Shown: positions 29,764 through 41,601, counted from the first letter of the stretch. The stretch: DNA of 64,000 bases from Terriglobia bacterium (GCA_965206645.1 CBDBKE010000004.1:64001-128000); one strand, 5' to 3'. Notes: generated from the letters alone by a model not told the origin. Program-made: numbers and translations.

Positions 29764-30888
29764 CTAGCGCTCCGCGCTGGCGACGACCTCCTGGAATTGC
29801 TTCTGGAGGAAGGTGTCGGTCATGCCGGCGATGTAGTCACAGATAACTCGGTGCGGCGCTTCCTCATTTATCCTTGCCCGGTAGGCGCGGGGCAGGCGGT
29901 TGGGATGTTCCAGGTAAAGGTCGAACAATTCGGCCACCATTTCGGCGCCTCCCTCCCGCTCCCGGCGGAGTGCAGAGTGATCGTAAAGTCGCCGGTAGAG
30001 AAATTCTTTTAGGCTACGGGTGTGCTGGCTCATTTCCGGATTAAGGCTGGCCAGCCGGCGGGGGAAGTCGCGGACGTCTTCAACCGAGCCAGTCCGTTCG
30101 CGCTCCAGTGTGGCGCGAGTGCTTTCGATCAGGTCGCTGGCCAGCGCGTCCAGAACTCGCTTCAGCGTTTCGTTGAACTTCAGCTTCGGCAGCGCGGCCG
30201 CGAAGATCTGTTCCACGGCTTCAAAGTGGACGTTGAATAGTGGTACTTCGGCCCGGATCAGCTCCAGCTCGAGAAGTCCGGCTTCAAAGCCGTCATCCAG
30301 GTCGGCGGTGTTGTAAGCGATTTCGTCGGCCAAGTCAATAAGTTGTGCTTCCAGTGGTGGTTTCTTCGCCAGCAGGTACTCGGCCAGCTCTGGGTGTTCG
30401 GTTGCTGAGTAGTCGCGGGAGTGCTTGATGATGCCCTCGCGCACTTCAAAGGTCAGGTTCAGGCCGTGAAAGGCGGCATAACGCTGTTCGAAGTACTCGA
30501 CGATTCGCAGGGCGTGGAGGTTATGCTCGAAGCGATCGCCGAAGCGGCGCATCGCCCGGTCCAGGCTTTTCTCGCCGGCGTGGCCGAAGGGCGGGTGGCC
30601 GACGTCGTGGACCAGCGCCAGCGCCTCGCACAACTCCACATTCAAACGTAGAGCGGCACCAACAGTGCGGGCGATCTGGGCCACCTCGATGGTGTGGGTG
30701 AGCCGGTTGCGGAAGTGGTCGCTGTAGCGGCTGGTGAACACCTGGGTCTTGTTTTCCAGGCGGCGAAAGGCTCGGGAGTGGACGATGCGGTCGCGGTCGC
30801 GCTGGAAATCGTCGCGGTAGGGGTGAGGCGCTTCCGGAGAGCGGCGCCCCAAACTTTGCTCAACACGGAAGGCGAATGGGGCAAGCAT
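29764..30888 (-). CDS. dgt: Deoxyguanosinetriphosphate triphosphohydrolase (HD)
   Basis: FQRDRDRIVHSRAFRRL..KTQVF, RLTHT, HDVGHPPFGHAGE, DYIAGMTD. Confidence 0.94.
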   Translation of the reverse strand: MLAPFAFRVEQSLGRRSPEAPHPYRDDFQRDRDRIVHSRAFRRLENKTQVFTSRYSDHFRNRLTHTIEVAQIARTVGAALRLNVELCEALALVHDVGHPPFGHAGEKSLDRAMRRFGDRFEHNLHALRIVEYFEQRYAAFHGLNLTFEVREGIIKHSRDYSATEHPELAEYLLAKKPPLEAQLIDLADEIAYNTADLDDGFEAGLLELELIRAEVPLFNVHFEAVEQIFAAALPKLKFNETLKRVLDALASDLIESTRATLERERTGSVEDVRDFPRRLASLNPEMSQHTRSLKEFLYRRLYDHSALRREREGGAEMVAELFDLYLEHPNRLPRAYRARINEEAPHRVICDYIAGMTDTFLQKQFQEVVASAER

Positions 30889-30932
30889 CGGGGCCAAGGC
30901 GTGCCCGAACGCACGCGCTGGCTAGCGTGGCG

Positions 30933-31670
30933 CTATTGGCTCTTCCTCAGTTCGGACAGCCGCTCGTAGGCTGCATCGGCCGCGGTGCCGTCCGGGGTCT
31001 CCTTCTGGATCTGCTGATAGATCTTTTCGGCTTCGTCCGGCTTTTGCTCGCTCAAGTGCTCGGCCAGGGTCAGTAGGGCCATTTCCCGGGAAACCAGGTC
31101 TCCCGGCCGGTCTGCCAGTTCCCGGTAGAGTTTCTCGGCCTCGTCGGATTTGCCGTTTTGGGCATAGATTCCGGCCAGCGCAAACCGGGCCAGGGGCGCC
31201 AACTGTTGGTCCTCGTCCTGCTCGGCGAGCGTGCGCAACTCGCGCATGGCTTCTTCGGTTTGACCCAGATGTTGCTTGGTCAGGCCCAGGTAGTAGCGAG
31301 CTATGCGCGGCTGGCCACCGAAGCGAAGTTTGGCGAGCCAGCCATACTTCTGAGCTATGGCCGCAAACTCTTTTTCGGCTTGGCGGTAACGCGCCTCCTC
31401 GTCGGAGAAGTTCATGTCGGGTTCCGCTGGCTGGTTCTCCGAGGTCGTGGGAGCGTAGAAGACGCGAATGGCGTGGGCCAGCTCCTCATTAGCCTGCGCC
31501 TTCCGATTCTGCACATAGAAGTAACCGCCCAGGCCCAGGACCATCACTAGGACGACGGCAATCAGCAGCAAGATCAGAGCACTGCGGTGCTGTTGGAGAA
31601 ACTGGTAGGTCCTGGAGAACTTAGTGACAAATTGATCCTTCTTGAGTTCCTTCCTGCTAATTCGCGCCAA
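30933..31670 (-). CDS. Membrane-anchored TPR protein (YfgM-like)
   Basis: RKELKKDQF N-terminus, one TM helix, TPR-like helices. Confidence 0.75.
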   Translation of the reverse strand: MARISRKELKKDQFVTKFSRTYQFLQQHRSALILLLIAVVLVMVLGLGGYFYVQNRKAQANEELAHAIRVFYAPTTSENQPAEPDMNFSDEEARYRQAEKEFAAIAQKYGWLAKLRFGGQPRIARYYLGLTKQHLGQTEEAMRELRTLAEQDEDQQLAPLARFALAGIYAQNGKSDEAEKLYRELADRPGDLVSREMALLTLAEHLSEQKPDEAEKIYQQIQKETPDGTAADAAYERLSELRKSQ

Positions 31671-31796
31671 TGGTGATCTCCGAACTTACAACCACGAAAT
31701 GCTAACAGCGACCCTGCGGAACTGTCAAACGGCCCGTCTGCTCGGTCCCCACCTGCGGTGGGCCGGGCGCGACAAAGGGCGAGAAACGCAGAGGAG

Positions 31797-33725
31797 CTAG
31801 CGCGCCTGTACAGCAGACAGCCCGGCAAGGGCGCGCTGATTGGCGGGATCTAGCTCGAGCGCCCGGCTGAACAGGCGCCGAGCTTCGGGCAGCTGGCCCG
31901 CCCGCCGGCTTACCTCCCCCAGGCGGGCCCATGTTTCGCCGTCGCCGGGTTCCAGGCGCAAAGCTTCACTCAGCGCGACCCGGGCCCCGCGCAAGTCGTT
32001 CAGTGCAGTCAGGGCCAGTCCCAAATTTGCATGGGCGGAGGCCGAGGCTGGGCTCAGTCGCGTGGCCTTGCGCAGATGAAGCACAGCTTGCTTCAGCCTT
32101 CCGACTTCAAACAAAGCCGCGCCCAGATTGTTGTGGCCCTGGGCAAAATCCGGGTCCGAGGCCAGAGCTTGCCGGTACGCGGAGATGGCACGATCCAGCT
32201 CGCCCGTCTGCCCGTAGGCCACGGCGAGGTTATTCAGCGACAGCGCAGCGAAGCCAGGATTGTCCTGTTCCTGGGCCAGATCTATCGACAGCTGATATTG
32301 GGCCAAAGCCTTGTCCCGTTCGCCCAAGCGCCAGTAGACGAACCCGAGAGAATTGTGCGTGAAAGGATCGCGAGGCGCCAGGCTCACCATAGCCTGGGTG
32401 TGAGGCAGCGCCTCGCTGGCCATGCCACGGCGCAAATAGGCATCGGCCAGCATTGGGCGAATTACTTCGGATTCACCCTCATTCTTCAGCTCATGCAGGT
32501 AAAAGCCAATTTCGTCGCGCCACTGCTGGTTCCGCAGCACGGTCCGCCCGCTGTAGGCTAGCATCAGGGCCAAGCTCAAGCCCACCACGGGTCTCCAACC
32601 CACTCGGAAGGCCAGGCGGTCCAGCGCCGCTGCCAGGAGCCAGCAAAATCCCACCGAAGGCAAGTAGAGATAGCGCTCGCCAAGCCAGAAGCCTTTTCCC
32701 AACAGGGTGGTCGGCGGAAAAGAGGGCAGCAGGACTACGAGGAACAGCACCACAGCCAGCCATTCCGGTTGGTGGCGCCGGTAGAGCCAGATGCCCAGTG
32801 CGACCCAGCCCCCGGCGATGACCAATCCTGCGAGCACATTCGGCTCCAGCAGGCTGCTGGGAGGGGACATGACGTGAAAGCTGCTGAGCCTTAGGGGAAA
32901 GACGGCACGTGCGGTGTATTCGTAGACCAGGACGATCCAGCCGAGCACCATCTGACCGCGGCTGCCTTTGAACCCCCAGGAGACGGGAATTAGGCCCTCC
33001 AGCGCATACCAGCGCATCCCCAGATAGACTGCCGTGGCCACGGCCATAGCCGCATACGGGAACAGGCGGGCGCGCAGCAGGGAAAGGGGCCACCGCTGCC
33101 GTTCCAACATCTCGTAGATGACCAGCAGGAGCGGCAGCGTAAAGCCAATTTCCTTGGTCAACAAGGCGAGCAGCAGGCACGCTGCCAGGCAGGTCTCTTG
33201 AGCGTAGCGGCGCCACCCATGAGTCTGCTCGGCGCGCAGGTAGAGCTGAAAGCCTGCGAGCATCAGCAGGCTGCACAACAGATCGGGAAACGCTGAGATC
33301 CAGGCGACTGCTTCCGTGTGGATTGGGTGCACGGCGAACAACAGCGCGGCCAGCCACGCCACTGTCGCGTTCGGCTGGATGCGGCGCAGCCAGAAAAACA
33401 CCAGCAGGGTGACACCAGCGTGCAGCAGGATGCTCAGCGCATGATAGCCGGCCGGATTTTCGCGGAACATCCGCCACCAGAAATAAAGGACGGTGTGCAT
33501 CAACGGCCGGTAGTAGTTGGTGAGGCTCTCCTTCTGCAGAAAGGCCCAGACGTTGGTGGTGAAGATTTTCTTCAAGCCGTCGCGCTGGCGCAGGAAGCCG
33601 TTGTCAACAATCTGCTGGCGATCGTCAATGACGAACGCGTTGGGCAGCGTATTGAGATACACAAGGCTGGCCAGCAGAGCCACCAGCAAGCCGGCACGCC
33701 ATGGCGCGAGGCGGGGCAGGTTCAC
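31797..33725 (-). CDS. TMTC-like GT-C membrane glycosyltransferase with TPRs (paralog 3)
   Basis: FVIDD, YYRPL, AVHPIHTEAVAWIS, KE, ERYLYLPS, W.DE, C-terminal TPRs; GTG start overlaps the upstream stop. Confidence 0.85.
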   Translation of the reverse strand: MNLPRLAPWRAGLLVALLASLVYLNTLPNAFVIDDRQQIVDNGFLRQRDGLKKIFTTNVWAFLQKESLTNYYRPLMHTVLYFWWRMFRENPAGYHALSILLHAGVTLLVFFWLRRIQPNATVAWLAALLFAVHPIHTEAVAWISAFPDLLCSLLMLAGFQLYLRAEQTHGWRRYAQETCLAACLLLALLTKEIGFTLPLLLVIYEMLERQRWPLSLLRARLFPYAAMAVATAVYLGMRWYALEGLIPVSWGFKGSRGQMVLGWIVLVYEYTARAVFPLRLSSFHVMSPPSSLLEPNVLAGLVIAGGWVALGIWLYRRHQPEWLAVVLFLVVLLPSFPPTTLLGKGFWLGERYLYLPSVGFCWLLAAALDRLAFRVGWRPVVGLSLALMLAYSGRTVLRNQQWRDEIGFYLHELKNEGESEVIRPMLADAYLRRGMASEALPHTQAMVSLAPRDPFTHNSLGFVYWRLGERDKALAQYQLSIDLAQEQDNPGFAALSLNNLAVAYGQTGELDRAISAYRQALASDPDFAQGHNNLGAALFEVGRLKQAVLHLRKATRLSPASASAHANLGLALTALNDLRGARVALSEALRLEPGDGETWARLGEVSRRAGQLPEARRLFSRALELDPANQRALAGLSAVQAR

Positions 33726-35692
33726 GGCTGTGCCTCGTGCGCGCGCAGGGCGGCCATGCCGGCCAGTGCCCGCGCGTTCTGCGGGTGGAGCTGGAGAGCT
33801 CGCCAGAAACGCCGCTGCGCCGCGCGCTCCTCTCCCCGCGCAAGGTGAATCTCCCCGATGCGCGCGTGCACTTCCGGATTGTTGGGACTGAGCCGCTCGG
33901 CTTGCGCCAGGGCCGCCAGCGCTGCCCCCCATTGGCCTCTCATGGCGTATGCCAGCCCGAGGTTGGCATGAGCTTGCCCCAGTGTGGGGTCGCGTTGGAT
34001 AGCGGCGCGAAAGTTGCCGCGCTGCCTCCTCCACTTCTCCCTCCAGCAATAAGGCGAAGCCGAGGTTGTTGCGGGCGGCGGCGAATTTTGGGTCGAGCTG
34101 CAGCGCTTGTTGATAGGCAGCGATGGCCTCCCGGTTGCGCTCCTGCGAGCGGTAGACGATCCCGATGTTGTACCACGCACGGGCGGCGGAATCGGGCCGG
34201 TTGTCCTGCAGGGACAGTTCGGCCGCGTAGCGGTAGTGAACGAGGGCAGTTTCCTGCTGTCCAAGCAGCCAGTAGGCTTGGCCCAGACTGTTGTGGATAT
34301 CGGTATGGCCAGGCCGCAAGCGCAGAGCTTCCCGCAACGCGGCTGTTGCTTCCAGTGGCTTCTGCTGCCGTAGTAACGCCTCGCCCCCCACCAGGTGCAG
34401 ATGGAAAGATGCAAGCGCATGCGCCAGCCCCTCTCGGAACAGATTCACTTCGTCACGCCAGTCGTCCATACGGGCCGCGCTGCGGCCGGTGTAGGCGGCC
34501 AGCACAAGCACGGCCAGCAGTGTGGCCGTGCGTACACCGCGCCGCTCCGCCAGTTTCACCAGGCCTGCCGCCAGCAGCCAGCAGAATGCCGCCGACGGCA
34601 GGTAGGCTGCCCTCTCGATCATCAGCAGTCCGGTAAAATGTAGGGCAGCTGGAAGACAGGCAGCAGCGGCAACAGGTACATCGCCGGAGCCAGCGCTTCA
34701 GGTAGCCGCCGGCGATAGAGCCAAACGGCCAGGCCGGTAAAGCCCGCCAGGGAAAGCCAACCCGCCACCACCGCCGGTTCCAGCGGGCTGCGATTCGGCT
34801 CGTAGTAGCGGAAAAAGATCAGATCCATCGGCCAGAGGAACAAGACCAGATAGCGATAGAACAAGGCGACCGAGGTCCAGAGCTGCTCGGTCCAGGGGAC
34901 CGCGATCTGCCTCGGAACCGGAAGCAACCCACCCAAGGCATGGACGCGCATCGCCAGGTATAGCAAGGTTGCGGCGCTTAGGGCGGCGTACTCGGGCCAG
35001 CGTTGCTGCAATTGTCTCCGCAGGCTGAGGCGCTGCACCAGAAATTCATAAGCCAGGATGACCACAGGCATCAGCACGCCGATTTCTTTCGAGAGCTGAG
35101 CCAGCAGCAGGCTCCCTCCCATGGCCAGCGCAAGCAACGCACGGCGCAGGCCGTAGGCCTCGACGGCGCGCAAGTACAACCAAAAAGCCAGCAAGGAAAA
35201 CAAGGAGCTGAGCAACTCAGGCGAGCAGGAGATCCAGGCCACCACTTCTGTATGCGCCGGATGCACGGCAAACATCAGTCCGGCCACCATGCCCACTGCA
35301 TGTCGCCCGGAAAGGCGGCGCACCACGCCTGCCACCAATAGACTAACGCCGACGTGCAGCGTCAGGCAGAACAAGTGAAACCAGGCCGGATTGAGCCCAA
35401 ACAACCGGTACAGGAGATAGTGGAAGCTGTGCATCACCGGGCGGTAGTAGTTTCCCAGGATGATGTGCGCCGGGCCGAGGAAGTCTCACACGCTGCCGCC
35501 GAAAAACTTGCGCAGTGCCTGCGGATGTCTCAGGTAGGAATTTTGGACAATGCTGTTCCAGTCATCATAAGCAAAGGGATTCAGGATGACGCCCAGGTGC
35601 GGGAGGGTGGCCAGTGCGGCAATGGCGATCCAGGGCCAGGGAGAATCGGACGATGCGAACGCGGTGCGAATGCGTCCTCACGGGGAATTCAC
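33722..35692 (-). pseudogene. TMTC-like paralog 2, disrupted
   Basis: Same motifs; in-frame TGA at 35678-80 and 35486-88, frameshifts near 34637 and 34012. Confidence 0.85.
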
Positions 35693-37656
35693 TGTGCCTC
35701 CCGAGTCGCGCGGAGCCCGGAACGCGCGCGGTCGTTGCCAGGGTCCAATTGCAGGGCCAGGGAAAACTCGCGGCGGGCGAGGGTAAGCTTGCCGCGCGCC
35801 AAGTGGACCTCGCCCAGGCGGGCGTGCACCTCACTGCTGCTTGGATTCAACCTCTCGGCCTGGCGCAGATGAGCCAGAGCCACCTCCCACTCCTGGTTTT
35901 CTGCATACGCCAACCCCAGGTTGGATTGCGCCACGTCCAGCGTGGGCTCCAGTTCCAGGGCCTGACGGAAGTGGCGGATCGCTTCCTCACGCCGGCCTTG
36001 CACCAACAGCGCGTACCCCAGGTTGTTGTGGGCACTGGCGAAGTGGGGATCCACCGCCAGCGCCTGGCGGGAAGCGGCCAGCGCTTCCTCCAAGCTCCCT
36101 TGCTGGCGGTACAGCACCCCCAGGTTGGCCAGGGCGCGGGATTGAACGAAGCGGTTTCTCCGGCGCTCGGCCAGTGTGGCGGCACGCTGGAAATGGCGGA
36201 TGGCAGCCTCCTGATCCCCCTGCCGCCAGCGGATGAGCCCCAGGTTGACGTGCGGGTCGGGATAGGTGGGCGACAAGCGCGCGGCGGCGTGGGTAGCCTC
36301 CAGCGCCTCCGGCAGCCGGTTCCGTCGCAGCAAAGCCTCGCCGAGGTTCAGATAGGCGTGCGGGAAGCCTGGGAAGGCGTGGACAGTGCGTTGGTAGAAC
36401 GCCACCTCGTCGGCCCAATCTCTATTTCGGAGGACCGTACGCACCGAGCAGGCGACCAGCACAATTACAAACAGGACGCCCAGGGGACGGTATCCCCAGC
36501 GATCGGCTGCCGCGATCAGGCCGGCTGCCAGCAGCCAGCAGAACCCCACGGAGGGCAGGTAGAGGTAGCGCTCGGCCATCAACCAGCCGATGGAAGAGTA
36601 AGGCAGAAGGAAGGCCGGAGCCAGCGGGAGCAGGTACAGGGCCACCGCCAAGACTTCCGGGTGCCGGCGGCGGTAGAGCCACCATCCCAGTACAGCGGTA
36701 GCCAGCAGCGTGGCCAGGCCAGCCAGCACTATTGGTTCCAGCGGGCTGCGGTTGCGCTCCAGGTAGTGAAAGGCATGCAGCTCGAGCGGCCAGACCTGCA
36801 CCCAGAAGTAGCGAAAGAAGAGTCCCACTGCAGTCCAAAGATGCTCAGCGGCAGGAATGGGGTCCTGCGACGCCGGCATCAAGGTCTTCAGAGCGTGCAA
36901 GCGCGCGGCCAGATAGCCGGCGGCCGCCACAGCAAACGAGGCGTAGGCCGGCCAGACGGCCCGCAGTGCAACGCGCCAAGGCGCGCGGCGCACCAGCAGT
37001 TCATAGCAAGCCAGCAGCAGCGGCACTGCGACCGCGATCTCCTTGGCCAGCAGAGCTAATAGGAAAACCGGCCCGGTCAGCATGAGAAGGGCCACGCGTG
37101 CTTTGCCCTGCGCCTGCTCGGCGCGCAAATACAGCCAGAGGACCAGCAGGGTTAGGAAAGCACACAGTAGTTCGGGGTAAGCGGAGATCCAGGCTACCGC
37201 TTCGGTGTGCACCGGGTGTGCGGCAAACAATAGGGCTGCGACAACGGCTGTGAGGCGGCGGCCTGAGAGCCGAGCAATCACGGCGTAGACCAGCAGGCAA
37301 ATAGCGGCGTGTAACAGGATCGACAGTGTGTGGTAGCCGGCGGGGTTGAGCCCGGAGAGCCGGAACATCAGGTAAAAGGCGCTGTGCATCAGCGGCCGGT
37401 AGAAGTTGCTCACCGCCACTGGGCCCATAAACTCCAGCACGCCGGTGGTGAAAATTTCCCGCAGGCCGTCGGACCGGCGCAGAAACGGGTTTTCCACCAC
37501 CTGCTGCCAGTCGTCAAAGATGAAGGTATTAGGGAGAACGTTGAGGTAGAGGATCACCGCCAGCGTGGCGACGGCGACCAGCAGCCGGGAGGTCTTTACC
37601 GAGGAAAGGTGCCAGGGGTGGGTCGTCTTCGATGTCGAGGAGTGTCCCACGAGCAA
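35689..37656 (-). CDS. TMTC-like GT-C membrane glycosyltransferase with TPRs (paralog 1)
   Basis: FIFDD, FYRPL, AAHPVHTEAVAWIS, AKE, AERYLYLPSVG, TPRs. Confidence 0.87.
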   Translation of the reverse strand: MLVGHSSTSKTTHPWHLSSVKTSRLLVAVATLAVILYLNVLPNTFIFDDWQQVVENPFLRRSDGLREIFTTGVLEFMGPVAVSNFYRPLMHSAFYLMFRLSGLNPAGYHTLSILLHAAICLLVYAVIARLSGRRLTAVVAALLFAAHPVHTEAVAWISAYPELLCAFLTLLVLWLYLRAEQAQGKARVALLMLTGPVFLLALLAKEIAVAVPLLLACYELLVRRAPWRVALRAVWPAYASFAVAAAGYLAARLHALKTLMPASQDPIPAAEHLWTAVGLFFRYFWVQVWPLELHAFHYLERNRSPLEPIVLAGLATLLATAVLGWWLYRRRHPEVLAVALYLLPLAPAFLLPYSSIGWLMAERYLYLPSVGFCWLLAAGLIAAADRWGYRPLGVLFVIVLVACSVRTVLRNRDWADEVAFYQRTVHAFPGFPHAYLNLGEALLRRNRLPEALEATHAAARLSPTYPDPHVNLGLIRWRQGDQEAAIRHFQRAATLAERRRNRFVQSRALANLGVLYRQQGSLEEALAASRQALAVDPHFASAHNNLGYALLVQGRREEAIRHFRQALELEPTLDVAQSNLGLAYAENQEWEVALAHLRQAERLNPSSSEVHARLGEVHLARGKLTLARREFSLALQLDPGNDRARSGLRATREAQ

Positions 37657-37787
37657 GGCCGTTCAGCCAGCGGATATTTTATCACCCGGCCTGAGTGAGC
37701 ATCACGCCTGCCAAATCCCACTCTGAAATGAAGAAAGCGCTGGCGGGAAATTCACGGCCGAGAACACCAGACCACTCGGCAAAAAGG

Positions 37788-39038
37788 CTAGCCGACGTTC
37801 ATGGACTTGAGGAACTCGGCGTTGGATTTGGTGCGGGCCATTTTGTCCAGCAGCAGCTCCATGGCCTCGACCGGCGACAGCGGGTTGAGCACCTTGCGCA
37901 GCACCCAGACCCGGTTCAGGTCGTCCTTAGAAAGCAGCAGCTCCTCCTTGCGGGTGCCGCTCTTGTTGATGTCGATGGCCGGGAAGACGCGCTTGTCCAC
38001 CAGCTTGCGCTCCAGGTTCACCTCCATGTTGCCGGTCCCCTTGAACTCCTCAAAGATCACGTCGTCCATGCGGCTGCCGGTGTCGACCAGGGCGGTGGCG
38101 ATGATGGTCAGCGAGCCACCCTCCTCGATGTTGCGGGCCGCGCCGAAGAAGCGCTTGGGGCGCTGCAGCGCGTTGGAGTCCACGCCGCCCGACAGCACCT
38201 TGCCCGAGGGGGGCACGATGATGTTGTAAGCGCGGGCCAGCCGGGTGATGGAGTCGAGCAGGATCACCACGTCGCGCTTGTGCTCCACCAGCCGCTTGGC
38301 TTTCTCCATCACCATCTCGGTCACCTGCACGTGGCGAGTGGCGGGCTCATCAAAGGTCGAGCTGATGACCTCGCCCTTGACCGAGCGCTGCATGTCGGTG
38401 ACCTCCTCGGGCCGCTCGTCAATCAGCAGCACGATCAGGGTGATCTCGGGATGGTTGGTGGTGATGGAGTTGGCGATCGACTGCAGCAGCATGGTCTTGC
38501 CGGTGCGGGGCGGCGAGACGATCAACCCGCGCTGGCCCTTGCCCAGCGGGGTCAGCAAGTCCATCACCCGCGAGGAGAGGTTCTCCCGCGTGGTTTCCAG
38601 CTTGACCTGCTCGTTGGGATACAGCGGGGTCAGGTTGTCGAAGAAGATCTTGTTGCGAGTCTCTTCGGGCGACTCGAAGTTGACCGCCTCGATCTTCACC
38701 AAGGCAAAGTACTTTTCCGCCTCCTTCGGGGGGCGGACCTGGCCGCTGACGGTGTCACCGGTGCGCAGGTCAAAGCGGCGAATCTGCGAGGGCGAAACGT
38801 AGACGTCATCCGGGCTGGGCAAGTAGTTGTAGTCGGGGCTGCGGAGAAAGCCGAAGCCATCGGGCAGCGTCTCCAGCACCCCTTCGGAAAACACCAGGCC
38901 GTTTTTCTCCGCCTCCGCCTGCAGGAGGCGGAAGATCAGGTCCTGCTTGCGCATGCCAGATGCGCCGGCGACGTTGTGGTCTTTGGCCAACTGGGTCAGC
39001 CGGCCGATGTTCAATTCCTTTAGTTGCGTGAGGTTCAT
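37788..39038 (-). CDS. rho: Transcription termination factor Rho
   Basis: [45 protein letters not shown]. Confidence 0.98.
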   Translation of the reverse strand: MNLTQLKELNIGRLTQLAKDHNVAGASGMRKQDLIFRLLQAEAEKNGLVFSEGVLETLPDGFGFLRSPDYNYLPSPDDVYVSPSQIRRFDLRTGDTVSGQVRPPKEAEKYFALVKIEAVNFESPEETRNKIFFDNLTPLYPNEQVKLETTRENLSSRVMDLLTPLGKGQRGLIVSPPRTGKTMLLQSIANSITTNHPEITLIVLLIDERPEEVTDMQRSVKGEVISSTFDEPATRHVQVTEMVMEKAKRLVEHKRDVVILLDSITRLARAYNIIVPPSGKVLSGGVDSNALQRPKRFFGAARNIEEGGSLTIIATALVDTGSRMDDVIFEEFKGTGNMEVNLERKLVDKRVFPAIDINKSGTRKEELLLSKDDLNRVWVLRKVLNPLSPVEAMELLLDKMARTKSNAEFLKSMNVG

Positions 39039-39189
39039 AAACTATTGGATGCACCCCCGACCGTGCCCTGTCCTCCACTGGTGAAGCGGCTCGGGTCTTC
39101 GGGGGAACCAGCCTGCGACGCCGGGTCGGCGCCGAAATTTGCAGAGCGCGGTTGCGCCGTGCGATGCCTCCTGATGACGGCTCGGAGTC

Positions 39190-41601
39190 CTATTGCGTGA
39201 TCCGGTCCTGTTCAGGCACCGTGGGTTGAAAGTCGGGGGTCGCCGGAATCGGCGACTCGGCAGGCGTCCCGACCAGGGGTCGTTCCAGTGCGACCTGCAG
39301 AACTTCGTCCATGGTTTCCACGGCGTGGATTTTCATTACCTCGAGGATGTTGGCCGGAGCATCGGCGAGATCTTTTTCATTGTCTTTCGGGATGATGACC
39401 TCGAAGAGCCCCGTGCGGTGGGCAGCCAGTAACTTCTCCTTGAGACCGCCGATGGGCAGCACTTTGCCGCGCAGCGTGATTTCTCCGGTCATGGCCAGGC
39501 CGCGGCGAACGGCGATGCGGGTGAGCGCGCTGACAATAGCCACTGCGATGGTAATGCCGGCCGAGGGCCCGTCCTTGGGAATGGCGCCCTCCGGCACGTG
39601 GACGTGGAAGTCCCGATGGCGATAAAAGTCGTTCTCCAGGCCCAGTTGGGCGCTGCGCGAGCGCACATAGCTCATGGCGGCCTGAGCCGATTCCTGCATC
39701 ACGTCGCCCAGCTTGCCGGTCAGTGTCAGCTTCCCCTTGCCCTCCATCAGGGTGACTTCAGTGGCCAGGATTTGCCCCCCGACCTCTGTCCAGGCCAGTC
39801 CCATTGCCAGCCCCACCTCGTTCTTCTCTTCGGCCTGGGTGTCTCGGAACTTGATCACGCCCAGGTATTCCTTCAGGTCTTCCGGACTGGTCTGAATACG
39901 GATGTTCCGCCCTTCCTTGATCACCCTGCGGGCCACCTTGCGGCAGACGTTGGCGATTTCTCGTTCCAGGTTGCGCACGCCGGCCTCACGCGTGTAGTGC
40001 TGAATGATGCTGGAGAGCGATTCGTCAACGAACCCCAGGTTTTGTTCGCTTAACCCGGTGGCCTCGCGCTGCTTCTTGACTAGGAATCGCTTGGCGATCT
40101 CGATTTTTTCCAGCTCGGTATAGCCCACCAGGCGGATGACTTCCATGCGGTCCTGGAGCGCGGGAGGAATCGTGTGCAGGACGTTGGCGGTGGTGATGAA
40201 GAAGACCTGGCTGAGGTTGTACTCCACGTCCAGGTAGTGATCCATGAACATGTAGTTCTGTTCCGGATCGAGCACCTCCAGCAGCGCCGCCGAAGGATCG
40301 CCTCGGAAGTCCATGCTCATCTTGTCCACTTCGTCCAGCATGAAGACCGGGTTGCGGGTTCCGGCCTTCTTCATCATCTGAAGGATCTGGCCGGGCAGGG
40401 CGCCGATGTAGGTGCGGCGGTGACCACGAATTTCGGCTTCGTCCCGGACGCCGCCCAGCGAGAGGCGCACAAATTTGCGCCCGGTGGCGCGGGCGATGGA
40501 CATGCCTAGCGAGGTCTTGCCCACTCCCGGCGGTCCCACAAAGCACAGGATCGAGCCGCGCGGGCTCTTCACCAGGCGGCGCACGGCCAGAAACTCCAGG
40601 ATTCGCTCCTTGATCTTCTCCAGTCCGTAGTGATCTTTTTCCAGGATGTGCTCGGCACGGGACATGTCCCGGATCTCTTTGGTTTTCTTTTTCCAGGGGA
40701 CGGCCAGCAGCCAATCCAGGTAGTTGCGGCTGACGGTGGATTCGGCTGACATGGGCGGCATCAGCTCTAGTTTTTTCAGCTCCTGGACGGCCTTCTCGTG
40801 AGCTTCCTTGGTCATGCCGGCCTCGTCGATTTTCTTCTTCAGCTCGTCCAGTTCGCTCTTCTCGCCGCGTCCCAGCTCCTTCTGAATGGCCTTGATCTTT
40901 TCGTTCAGGTAATACTCTTTCTGGGCCCGTTCCATCTGGCGCTTGACCCGACCCTGGATGCTGCGGTCCACGCTGAGCTTCTCGATCTCGAGGTCGAGCA
41001 CGTCACCGATCCGCTGCAGCCGATCCAGCGGATCAAGAATCTCCAGCAGCTCCTGCTTCTCCTCGATAGCCAATTGCAGGTTGGCGGCGATGGTATCGGC
41101 CAGTTTGCCAGGGTCGTCCACCCGGACGGCGGCGATCATCGTCTCGTAATTCAGGTTCTGGCTGAGCTTGACGTATTGCTCGAAAAGCGCCGTGACGCGC
41201 TGGGTCAGTGTCCCCACCTGCGGACTCTGCTCAGTACGATAAGTAACGGTGCGGGCGATGGCGCGGAAGAAGCCCTCTTCGTCGCTGAGGCTGACCACCC
41301 GGGCGCGCTCCTGACCTTCCACCAGAACCTTGATGTTGCCGTCCGGCAGCTTCACGCTTTGCACGATGTTGGCCACCGTGCCCACCTGGTAAATCTCGTT
41401 GGGCTTGGGCTCTTCCACCGAAGCGTCGTGCTGCGTAGCCAGAAAGATTTTCTTGTCCGCGGCCAGCGCTTCTTCCAGGGCGCGAATGGAGCTTTCGCGG
41501 CCCACCACGAACGGGGTCATCATGTGCGGGAACATGACCACGTCCCGGATGGGCATCATCGGCAGCCGCCGGGTTTCCACTTTTTCACGCTCTGTTGCCA
41601 T
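39190..41601 (-). CDS. lon: ATP-dependent Lon protease
   Basis: [34 protein letters not shown]. Confidence 0.98.
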   Translation of the reverse strand: MATEREKVETRRLPMMPIRDVVMFPHMMTPFVVGRESSIRALEEALAADKKIFLATQHDASVEEPKPNEIYQVGTVANIVQSVKLPDGNIKVLVEGQERARVVSLSDEEGFFRAIARTVTYRTEQSPQVGTLTQRVTALFEQYVKLSQNLNYETMIAAVRVDDPGKLADTIAANLQLAIEEKQELLEILDPLDRLQRIGDVLDLEIEKLSVDRSIQGRVKRQMERAQKEYYLNEKIKAIQKELGRGEKSELDELKKKIDEAGMTKEAHEKAVQELKKLELMPPMSAESTVSRNYLDWLLAVPWKKKTKEIRDMSRAEHILEKDHYGLEKIKERILEFLAVRRLVKSPRGSILCFVGPPGVGKTSLGMSIARATGRKFVRLSLGGVRDEAEIRGHRRTYIGALPGQILQMMKKAGTRNPVFMLDEVDKMSMDFRGDPSAALLEVLDPEQNYMFMDHYLDVEYNLSQVFFITTANVLHTIPPALQDRMEVIRLVGYTELEKIEIAKRFLVKKQREATGLSEQNLGFVDESLSSIIQHYTREAGVRNLEREIANVCRKVARRVIKEGRNIRIQTSPEDLKEYLGVIKFRDTQAEEKNEVGLAMGLAWTEVGGQILATEVTLMEGKGKLTLTGKLGDVMQESAQAAMSYVRSRSAQLGLENDFYRHRDFHVHVPEGAIPKDGPSAGITIAVAIVSALTRIAVRRGLAMTGEITLRGKVLPIGGLKEKLLAAHRTGLFEVIIPKDNEKDLADAPANILEVMKIHAVETMDEVLQVALERPLVGTPAESPIPATPDFQPTVPEQDRITQ

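Noticed and set aside
21883-30888. DinG and dGTPase as an anti-phage defence system
   Set aside because: Both look like ordinary housekeeping homologs in core context, with no cas or defence partners adjacent
31797-34622. 941-aa ORF as a single giant TPR-TMTC protein
   Set aside because: It arises from a frameshift in the paralog-2 pseudogene running into paralog 3, which has its own GTG start at 33725
35486-35680. In-frame TGA codons as selenocysteine or genetic-code reassignment
   Set aside because: The same gene also has two frameshifts, TGA terminates intact neighbours (tig, cmk), and the aligned residue is Trp encoded by TGG elsewhere
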